A stretch of 64,000 nt of DNA from assembly GCF_039654945.1 (NCBI RefSeq), contig NW_027361775.1:11966001-12030000 (forward strand), read 5' to 3'. Both the position numbers and the translations under genes were made by a program. Within the stretch, counting starts at the first letter, position 1. Each line of letters begins with the position of its first letter. Positions 23,188 to 33,457 of the stretch are shown in pieces. The notes under the pieces are model-generated. The model was not told the DNA's origin. It made no database searches and was given only the letters and a program-made list of their open reading frames with translations. This DNA is from Dendrobates tinctorius (Eukaryota).

Positions 23188-23631
23188 TGTTGTAGCTGCT
23201 TTTTGTTCTGACCAACAGTCAGGTATGCCAGATCACCAGTGAGGCCGGATTATGAGGCTTTCGCCCTTCTGATGACAAGCGCTTGGAGGCAAAGAGACTC
23301 AACACACGAGTCGTGGTCAAATCACTTTATCTGATGTAATGAAATACAAGGCAATCATTTATTCCATTTACAACAATATGTAATTCTATGGAGCTCATGT
23401 AGCCCCCATCATCACCCACCATCACCTTCAGGGTTAAACCATGTTTACAATGTACCCAGAACATGTTGTTACTGACTGTGGAGAACAAATATGATAACAA
23501 GTATAGTTTCCTTGAAAACAGAGACTAATAGTCTACATAAGAATAATTCTAGCAATATTAGGCAAAAGGCAATTGAAGTCTTAACAGCATTTAAAGAGAT
23601 ATAAAAGCAAACCATTAACTCTTCTATATCA
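23188..23631 (-). repeat. ERV 5' LTR
   Basis: Direct repeat of 9290-9735; adjacent to the PBS. Confidence 0.97.
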
Positions 23632-25136
23632 TCTTCATAAACTATTTTGTGAAGTATGACTATCTGGATTATCAATTTATAAATTGATAGTTTTTTTATT
23701 TTTTGTCTAATTTCTGATATTTTTACATATAAATGCAAAACGTATCGACCTAAATCTACAATTAGCACAAAATATAATGTGTCACGAAAAAAGGTCTCAA
23801 AATCACTGGGGAATATTGAAATCTTTAGCGTTATTGCGACATAAAGTAACACATTTAAAAATGACAGATTTCAAATTTTTGTCTGGTCACTAAGGGGTTA
23901 ACTCAAGTACCTCCAGCTTATATTAATGTGCCACTGAGGTCAGTGTGAAGAATAATGTTTACATTGCGTGTCAAATATCACTTTCCATGTCAAATAAAAA
24001 GAAGCCAGGATAATATGGTGCTATTTTATTTGCAGCTTTTTCTCCTCTTACATGAGAATATGTTATATTGTTTGTGTATTTATGTTGCCTTGAAATATAT
24101 GGGTGATTCATTTTTATATAAATATAATGTAAACAAATTGAGTCTCAAAATATATTTACCTTGCAGTATTAATTTATTAAAACATTTTATGAACACATTG
24201 AAAATAAAGAGAGCTTGTAGGCAGGTGTAAGGGAAATATAGTGGGGGGGAAATTTGATGGGGAGTCTTTTTAAAGAGACTTTTGACTGTGTTGCCGCTAT
24301 TTGCACACAACATATCAGTATCACAAGACGTTTGATCAATTTTGTGCATTACACTACTTTGTGTAAATGTTATTTCAGTTTTCAAGCCACCCTTTTATGA
24401 AAGTGAGATTACAGCTTTGTAAAAAAAAGTCATAAATCTGGCTATAAATTCATTTGCATAGATAATGACTTTGAAAAGTGGCGAGGGCAATATAAACTGT
24501 GATAAATTCTGTGCATCAAAAGACTTTCTAGTGTACATTTATGTTACCCAACTATTATACTTTTTCCACCCATGAATCTGAATCCAACATTTAGGGCCCC
24601 CAAATACATTAGTTTAATGCTTGCCAAACCCACCAATATTACTGTGTGCTGACTCTTCCCTGACGGATGATACCTGGCAATCCAACATGTTGGATTTCCA
24701 AAAGATCAATCCTTTTGTTCTCTGGGAAATAAGCCACTACAAGGAATTTGGCAGCTTGTTTTCTCATAGAGAATACATGAGTTCTTATTTACTGTTTCTG
24801 GAGGAGTTGGAAGAGATAGTTGAGGATCGGTCAGGTGGCTTAGGAAAGAAAAAGTAGCGATTGTAAAACTTTTTATATGCTTTAGTTAAACACTTTCATA
24901 ACAAGCAACAAATAATGTCAGAATACTGAAAACTAACAAATAGAAAAGAAAAGGGGTCAACAATGGCGATAAGCACACCTCCATATAAATGTAACACATG
25001 TTATTAGGTATAAAGTGTCATATTAAAAACAATCACAAATACAAAATTGACCACAACAATTGCATCCAATAAATAACCATACCCAACCCACAAAATGGAA
25101 TCCCAAACTAGGATACGATGGTAATCATAATTAGTA

Positions 25137-25232
25137 CACTGAACAAAAATATAATGTGACACTGAGCTGAATTCAAATATCTAAAACTTTTTCTTGTACA
25201 CAAAAGTGGTGTGTTTATACTTGTGTTCAGTG
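25137..25232. mobile_element. 96-bp Tc1 deletion derivative (mini-element)
   Basis: TA-CACTGAACAAAAATATAA...TTATACTTGTGTTCAGTG-TA inverted ends. Confidence 0.7.
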
Positions 25233-25744
25233 TAAGAATACTCAATGGTATACAGACAAAAAAATGAACCCATGGTCAGTACATATAGTCTGTACGTAGC
25301 ATATAGTAGTAATATCATGGAGAGCATCAAAAAATCATTTCATAATTAACAACTGAAGGGCAAATGCATAATATAAAGTAAAACAATATATTGCATAAAT
25401 AGCAAGATGACAAGACCACAGACATTGGAAAGAGAATGATACATATATACAGGTGCTTCTCACAAAATTAGAATATCATTAAAAAGTTAATTTGTTTCAG
25501 TTCTTCAATACAAAAAGTGAAACTCATATATTATATAGCATCATTACAGACAAAAACAGAGTGCTTTATTTCAAGTTTTTATTTCTGTTAATGTTGAAGA
25601 TTATTAATTAGAGAAGTGATGTGGCACTACGGATGCTGTGGTCAAGTAGGGTCCCAAACCAATAGTAATAATAAGCAAAACTTGGCACTCAACTTAGATA
25701 GATGAATAGAATGATGTATTAATGTACAGTCAGTAGTACAGAAT

Positions 25745-25785
25745 TCAGACGTTTTGGTCTCGATTGACCTTCATCAGAGTCTGAC
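25745..25785 (-). ncRNA. Degenerate minimal type I hammerhead ribozyme motif
   Basis: Minus strand CTGATGA-A-GGTC-AATCGA-GACC-AAAA-CGTC; the inverted copy at 27856-27885 retains GAAA. Confidence 0.5.
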
Positions 25786-26987
25786 AGAAGAACAAGTATG
25801 CAGAAAATAAGTGTACAGAAAATAATCACTATAGAAGCCAACAAGGCCTAATATATCTTGAAAATTATAAACAAATCACTGTGAAGCATGGTATAATAAC
25901 ACACTATATACAAGTGATCTGATAACGCATGTTATCCCAGATAATGAGTGCAAGAAAAAAGAAAAAGTAGGTAAAAGGGATTTTTAGGATTCAGGTAACA
26001 TACCTGACTGCTATGGTAGATAAGTAGAGGATAAGGGAGCGCAAGGCACATAATCCCTAAGAGCCTATATGAGATGAAACAGTATAAATAGTACATACTA
26101 AAGGTGGAGATGGTGGTTTAAATAGAGTCACCTACTTAATATTCCATGTTTGGTAAATCAGGTCCCATACCAGAGGATACCTGTAAGTTAGACCGGGGCT
26201 AATAAGTGGGGATATGGATGGTAATAATTTGAAGTAAAATAAGATGAGGAAAAAATCCATACCTTATATTAGTAATGGTGCTGTTCATGCACCAGAGTAT
26301 ATCTTGTGAGATACAGCCTAAAGGATATATAGTAATACACACTATAAGGGATAAGTGAGGGTAGTCCCTTAATAACTACAATAATGGGTTAACATACCGT
26401 TAATGGGTAGAACGACTGCTCAGATCAAACGTGGTGTCCACTGCTAGTTGCCGACCAATGTGACATTTCACTAGAGTGATATATAAGGAAGGCGTGGGAC
26501 AATAAGCAGGTCTGACCAATCTCGTATCTCAGTGCAATGCTGGATGTGACGTGATGTGCTGGTGTCCGTGCGCTCCAAGAATAGGAAGTGCACTGTGCGT
26601 TCCACTAGACCGGAAGTGCCCGTGTTTGCATTTCAGGAAACCAGAAGTGTTTCCGCATTTGCGTTCCATGAGACCGGAAGTGCCCGTGTTTGCGTTCCAG
26701 GGCTAGTTTAGAGCACATATCGCTGTCCAGAGTGAGATAGATCTGACCTGAGCAGTCATTCTAAACATTAATGGTATATTAACCCTTTATTATAGTTACT
26801 AAGGGACTACCCTCACTTATCACTTACAGTGTGTATTACTATATATCCTTTAGACTGTATCTCGCAAGATATACTCTGGTGCATGAACAGCACCATTACT
26901 AATATAAGGTATGGATTTTTTCCTCATCTCATTTTACTTCAAATTATTACCATCCACTTCCCCACTTATTAGCACCAGTCTAATTTA

Positions 26988-27443
26988 GGCTGGTTTCACA
27001 TTAGCGTTTCAGGCCACAGCGTCGTCCTGTGCACGGCCGCCGCTAAGCCCTGCCCCCTGTCGCGCCTCTGCCGGTAGCTCTGCCTACGGGTGCATGATGC
27101 TGCATGCGTCCTGCGTTCCCTATCTTTAGCACTGGGGATGCAGGCCGTGCACAGGTATGCGTTTGGTGGCGCATGCATCCTTTTGACGGTGCGCCGAGGG
27201 CACCAAATTGCAACAGGTTGCGTTTGGCGCTGGTCGGCGCACCCGTCAAAAGGACGCATGCGCCGCCAAATGCATACCTGCACACGGCCTGCATCCCCAG
27301 TGCTGAAGATAGGGGACGCAGGACGCATGCTGCCTCATGCACCCGTAGGCGGAGCTACCGCGGAGGCACGGCAGGAGGCAGGGCTTAGCGGCGGCCGTGC
27401 GCAGGACGACGCTGCGGCCTGAAACGCTAATGTGAAACCACCC
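26988..27443. mobile_element. Almost wholly palindromic PIF/Harbinger-type MITE (456 bp)
   Basis: GGCTGGTTTCACATTAGCGTTTC...GAAACGCTAATGTGAAACCACCC, TTA TSD; the empty site is visible in the opposite arm near 26183. Confidence 0.9.
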
Positions 27444-28108
27444 TTACAGGTATCCTCTGGTAAGGGACCTGATTTACCAAACATGAAATATTAAGTAGGT
27501 GACGCTATTTAAGCCACCATCTCCACCTTTAGTATACACTATTTATACTGTTCCATCTCACATATAGGGTCTTAGGGATTACGTGCCTTGTTCTCGGTTA
27601 TTCTCTACATATCTATCATAGCAGTTGGGTAGGTTACCTCAATCCTAAAAATCCCTTTTACCTACTTTTTCTTTTTTCTTGCACTCATTATCTGGGATAA
27701 CATGTGTTATCAGATCACTTGTATATAGTGTGTTATTATACCATGCTTTACAAGGATTTGTATATAATTTTCATGATATATTAGACTTTGTTGGCCTCTA
27801 TAATGATTATTTTCTGTACACTTATTTTCTGCATACTTGGTCTTCTGTCAGTACACTCATGAAGATCAATCAAGACCGAAAAGTCTGAATTCTGTACCAC
27901 TGACTGTATATTAAAACATCATTCTATTCATCTAAGTTGAGTGCCAAGTTTTATTTATTACTAATGCTGAAGATTATGGCTTACAGCCAATGAAAACCCA
28001 AAAGTCATCATTATCTCAGTAATTTAGAATACTTTATAATACTAGCTTGAAAATTAATTTTAAAATCCAAAATATTGGCCTACTGAAATGGATGTTCAGT
28101 AAATGTAC

Positions 28109-29101
28109 TCAATACTTGGTTGGGGCTCCTTTTGTATCAAATACTGCATCAATGTGGCATGGCATGGAGACAATCAACCTGTGGCACTTCTGATGCATTA
28201 TGGAAGACTAGGTTGCTTTGATAGCAGCCTTCAGCTCGCCGGCATTATTGGGTCTGGTGTTTCTCATCTTTCTCTTGACAATATCCCATAGATTCTCTAT
28301 GGGGTTAAGGTCAGGCAAGTTTGCTGGCCAATCAAGCACAATGATAGTGTTGTTTTTAATCCAGGTATTGGTACTTTTGGCAGTGTGGACAGGTGCCAAG
28401 GCCTGCTGGAGAATGAAATTTTCATCTCCAAAAAGCTTGTTGGCAGAGGGAAGCGTGAAGTGCTCTAATATTTCCTACACAGCTGCGTTGACTTTGTTCT
28501 TGATAAACACAGTGGACCTACACCAGCAGATGACATGGTTCCCCAAACCATCACTGATTGTGAAAACTTCACACTAGACCTCAAGTAGCTTGGATTGTGT
28601 GCCTCTCCACTCTTCCTCCAGGGACCTTGATTTCCAAATGAAATGCAAAATAGACTTTCATCTGAAAACAACACTTTGGATCACTCAACAACAGTCCAGT
28701 TTTTTTTCTCCTTTGCCCAGGTAAGACACATGGCATTATCTATTGGTCAGGAGTGGCTTGTTACAAGGAATGTGACACTTGTAACTCATGTCCTGGATAT
28801 GTCTGTGTGTGGTGGCTTTTGAAGCAATGACTCCAGCAGCAGTCCACTCCTTGTGAATCTCCACCAAATTTTTAAATGGCCTTTTATTAACAATCCTTTC
28901 AAGGCTGCGATTATCCCGGTTGCTTGTGCACCTTTTTCTGCCACACTTTTTACTTCGACTCAACTTTCCATTAATATGCTTGGATACAGCACTTTGTGAA
29001 CAGCCAGCTTCTTTAGCAATGACCTTTTGTGGCTTACTCTCCTTGTGGAGTATGTCCATGACTGCCTTCTGGACATCTGTCAAGTCAGCAGTCTTCCCCA
29101 T
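28109..29101 (-). pseudogene. Tc1 transposase pseudogene
   Basis: MGKTADLT start, LFSDES, WPANLPDLNPIENLW, terminal GAPTKY*; frameshifted. Confidence 0.93.
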
Positions 29102-29140
29102 GATTGTGGAGCCTACTGAAACAGACTAAGGAGCCTTTTT

Positions 29141-29212
29141 ACAATAATGTGTGCAAACTGTAAAGCGCTGCGGAATATGTTAGCGCTATATAAAAATAAA
29201 GATTATTATTAT
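29141..29212 (+). mobile_element. Very short L2-type 3' tail insertion (second copy at 30948-31006)
   Basis: AAACTGTAAAGCGCTGCGGAATATGTTAGCGCTATATAAAAATAAAGATTATTATTA, same tail as 3378-3439. Confidence 0.7.
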
Positions 29213-32200
29213 TTAAAGCTTATGAAGCCTCTGCAGGTGTTTTAGTTAATTATTCTAATTTACTGAGTTAATGACTTTTGGGTTTTAATTGGCTGTAAGC
29301 CATAATCATCAACATTAACAGAAATAAACACATGAAATAGATCACTCTGTTTGTAACGACTCTATATAATATGTGAGTTTCACTGTTTGTATTGAAGAAC
29401 TGAAATAAATTAACTTTGTGATGTTATTCTAATTTTGTGAGGAGCACCTGTATGTATACCTGACCAATGTAGCATAGAACTTAAGTTGGGTCCATAAGTT
29501 GGAATCCAAATGCTGATGGAAAAGTAGGGAAGCCCCAGTGCTGAACAACTGAAAAATGGCATATCTCCCAGCTAAAGGGTTACAAATGCACTGAGACCAG
29601 CATTTTATTTTTATTATAGCTACTTAAGCAGGGTAGCATTTTAACTCTCCATCCAAATCTAATTTATCTTTTCAAATGACTGATTAGGCTCACTTGCTCA
29701 TGTTCTCTCAAGCTGAAGTGAAGATTGCTTCTGAGGAGAAAACAATGAATGTAGATGCATACATAGGAAGCACTGTATAGAAGATAGAAGGAAGTGAAAA
29801 CAGGTATGCTTATTTGTAAATATGGGCAAATTTTTTCAAGTGGAATTAAATTTTTATCAAATTTTGCAAAAATCTACATTTTCTAGATTATAGATTTCTT
29901 TGTAAATTGCTCCTCGGAAATCCAGCAAAATGACAGCCATCTCTGGTATGGCCTTTGAGACCTAGTTTCATCCAGAAATCCTGTTCTATAGTGTTCTAGT
30001 TTTTTATATATATATTTCTGAAGAGACCAAAGAGCCTAATAGGGAATATCCCAATTCCTGATTTGATTTGATCAAATTTCTCATAGAGCAAAATAGAATT
30101 TGATCAAGTCAGATCATCTTTACTTTTTTGGTAAGACAACAATTTTCTTTGTTTTGTCACACATTTGATACTGTTTTGCCCATAGTAGTAAATTACAGGC
30201 ATGGCAAAGTAAATTGATTTCAGTGGACACTTTAGTCTATTGTTAGTGTCTAATAACTAGTGAAGCTCAGAATAAAATAAGGTTTTGTCATCATGAGGCT
30301 TTTATATGGCATGTGATTCTGTATAATAGTTTAAAATCTAGAATTATACGGCTAATAACATCACTGGAAAATAGTTGGAGTGATGTTACACACAATCATG
30401 GTCTACTAGGAAATTTGTCTTCTCATCTCCAACGCCTTAAAAGCAATTTAACGTCAATCCTGATGCCACACAATTATTTCTGTTTAGATCCTTGAAACTT
30501 CACAGCCTTTTGCAAATAAGTATGAATTAAATTTTTGAGAAATCATCAAATTCTTAGAATTTCTGGACCGGTGGGAGCCAAATTATAGGTTGTCGATTAG
30601 GAGGTCTACTCCACAGCCTGTCCCAACAAACACAGCTGATAGAGGGGGTTTCAGTTTCCAGACTAGCTGTGATCAGATGATTCCAACCAGATTCCAACCA
30701 GATTCATGTTTATAAAAAGGGTTGTTCAGTTGAGACAACAGTATTTTTTCACAACAAAGACCTAAAGAAAATGTGCCTTTCCTTATCTTTGCCCTTAGAA
30801 CAAGATAAAACTAACTTTAAATAAAAAAAAAACATATTGAGTAACTGCAAAAAGTGTGCAGCAATGCTTATGGCAGAAAACACTGAGGTTTCAGTTTGCT
30901 CAGTAAGGCACATAATAAACGCTGATTATCTCCATGTCCTCCAACTCCAAACTGTAAAGCGCTGCGGAATATGTTAGCGCTATATAAAAATAAAGATTAT
31001 TATTATTTAAAGCTTATGAAGCCTCTGCAGGTGTTTTAGTTAATTATTCTAATTTACTGAGTTAATGACTTTTGGGTTTTAATTGGCTGTAAGCCATAAT
31101 CATCAACATTAACAGAAATAAACACATGAAATAGATCACTCTGTTTGTAACGACTCTATATAATATGTGAGTTTCACTGTTTGTATTGAAGAACTGAAAT
31201 AAATTAACTTTGTGATGTTATTCTAATTTTGTGAGAAGCACCTGTATGTATACCTGACCAATGTAGCATAGTACTTAAGTTGGGTCCATAAGTTGGAATC
31301 CAAATGCTGATGGAAAAGTAGGGAAGCCCCACTGCTGAACAACTGAAAAATGGCATATCTCCCAGCTAAAGGGTTACAAATGCACTGAGACCAGCATTTT
31401 ATTTTAATTATAGCTACTTAAGCAGGGTAGCATTTTAACTCTCCATCCAAATCTAATTTATCTTTTCAAATGACTGATTAGGCTCACTTGCTCATGTTCT
31501 CTCAAGCTGAAGTGAAGATTGCTTCTGAGGAGAAAACAATGAATGTAGATGCATACATAGGAAGCACTGTATAGAAGATAGAAGGAAGTGAAAACAGGTA
31601 TGCTTATTTGTAAATATGGGCAAATTTATTCAAGTGGAATTAAATTTTTATCAAATTTTGCAAAAATCTACATTTTCTAGATTATAGATTTCTTTGTAAA
31701 TTGCTCCTCGGAAATCCAGCAAAATGACAGCCATCTCTGGTATGGCCTTTGAGACCTAGTTTCATCCAGAAATCCTGTTCTATAGTGTTCTAGTTTTTTA
31801 TATATATATTTCTGAAGAGACCAAAGAGCCTAATAGGGAATATCCCAATTCCTGATTTGATTTGATCAAATTTCTCATAGAGCAAAATAGAATTTGATCA
31901 AGTCAGATCATCTTTACTTTTTTGGTAAGACAACAATTTTCTTTGTTTTGTCACACATTTGATACTGTTTTGCCCATAGTAGTAAATTACAGGCATGGCA
32001 AAGTAAATTGATTTCAGTGGACACTTTAGTCTATTGTTAGTGTCTAATAACTAGTGAAGCTCAGAATAAAATAAGGTTTTGTCATCATGAGGCTTTTATA
32101 TGGCATGTGATTCTGTATAATAGTTTAAAATCTAGAATTATATGGCTAATAACATCACTGGAAAATAGTTGGAGTGATGTTACACACAATCATGGTCTAC

Positions 32201-32743
32201 TAGGAAATTTGTCTTCTCATCTCCAACGCCTTAAAAGCAATTTAACGTCAATCCTGATGCCATACAATTATTTCTGTTTAGATCCTTGAAACTTCACAGC
32301 CTTTTGCAAATAAGTATGAATTAAATTTTTGAGAAATCATCAAATTCTTAGAATTTCTGGACCGGTGGGAGCCAAATTATAGGTTGTCGATTAGGAGGTC
32401 TACTCCACAGCCTGTCCCAACAAACACAGCTGATAGAGGGGGTTTCAGTTTCCAGACTAGCTGTGATCAGATGATTCCAACCAGATTCCAACCAGATTCA
32501 TGTTTATAAAAAGGGTTGTTTAGTTGAGACAACAGTATTTTTTCACAACAAAGACCTAAAGAAAATGTGCCTTTCCTTATCTTTGCCCTTAGAACAAGAT
32601 AAAACTAACTTTAAATAAAAAAAAACATATTGAGTAACTGCAAAAAGTTTGCAGCAATGCTTATGGCAGAAAACACTGAGGTTTCAGTTTGCTCAGTAAG
32701 GTACATAATAAACGCTGATTATCTCCATGTCCTCCAACTCCAA
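29154..32743 (+). repeat. Tandem duplication, 2 x about 1794 bp
   Basis: 29154-30947 is repeated at 30948-32740 with only about 11 differences seen; CAA microhomology at the junction. Confidence 0.97.
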
Positions 32744-32962
32744 GATTTACTCCTTTACAGAGCAAAAAAACAAACAAAAGAAAGTTGGCTACAATATGCT
32801 TAAAGTCATATAAGCCGAAGAAGCTTTGAGATTCTATTCCATGGAGTGATAAAACAAAACTAGATGTTTTAGGTCTTTGGAAAGTGATATGTCTGGAAGA
32901 GGAAGAATGAAGCATACACTGAAAAGAACACACTAACATAAAGTGACATGGTGATGTTTGGT

Positions 32963-33192
32963 ACGTGACCCAACTTTCCACACAGACTTTCCTTACCTCT
33001 TCTCCTTACATCTACTCGGCACGTGACCCAACATTCCTCAGACTTTCCTTACCTCTGCTCCTTGCATCCACTCGGTACAGGGCCCAACTTTCCACACAGA
33101 CTTTCCTTACCCCTGCTCCTTGCATCCACTCGGTATGTGACCCAACTTTCCACAGGCTTTCCTTACCTTTGCTCCTTGCATCCACTCAGTAC
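32963..33192 (+). repeat. 57-bp tandem repeat x4 at the L2 5' end
   Basis: Unit GTGACCCAACTTTCCACACAGACTTTCCTTACCTCTGCTCCTTGCATCCACTCGGTAC. Confidence 0.9.
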
Positions 33193-33457
33193 GTTTTTCT
33201 ACTAACCCCTAAAATACTCCCAATGTTATTTATGACCTTGTTTACTCTGCCTTGATCATATGCATCTTGCTCACTCCCCACAACGTCACACCTGAATGCA
33301 CTTTCTAGCAAATATATCACAAATCATACGGCTGGCAAGACATCTGTCTGCCCAGTGCATCACATAAGTGTATCATTCAATGTGCGGAGTAATGAAAGAA
33401 TTAATCCAGAATTGAACCAGAAGGGATCTGAAGGTAAATGGAAAGTAACGGTAAACA

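Larger units (their letters stand above)
9290..23631 (-). mobile_element. Class I (gamma/epsilon-like) endogenous retrovirus provirus, defective
   Basis: Two TG...CA LTRs, 4-bp TSD TCTT (9286-9289, 23632-23635), PBS, PPT and gag-pol-env order on the minus strand. Confidence 0.97.
8945..23897. mobile_element. piggyBac-type non-autonomous element remnant split by the ERV (8945-9289 and 23636-23897)
   Basis: Right end GGTCACTAAGGGG followed by TTAA (23898-23901); AT-rich element-like sequence on both sides of the ERV TSD; left terminus not found. Confidence 0.5.
25605..27961. mobile_element. Penelope-like non-autonomous insertion with long inverted arms and hammerhead remnants
   Basis: Arms about 25665-26430 and 26741-27960 are inverted copies; 16-bp TSD TAATG(T/C)TGAAGATTAT (25589-25604, 27962-27977); CTGATGA-stem-GAAA remnants in both arms. 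Confidence 0.7.
25450..29450 (-). mobile_element. Tc1-family transposon, defective, with nested insertions
   Basis: TA-flanked CAGGTGCTTCTCACAAAATTAGAATA...TATTCTAATTTTGTGAGGAGCACCTG, about 200-bp TIRs; left TIR interrupted at 25604. Confidence 0.95.

Noticed and set aside
26996-27422. Four overlapping ORFs of about 100 aa with similar translations on both strands
   Set aside because: Artefact of a GC-rich palindromic MITE.
30313-32289. Two near-identical 60-aa ORFs (30313 and 32107)
   Set aside because: GTG-start chance ORFs duplicated by the 1794-bp tandem duplication.
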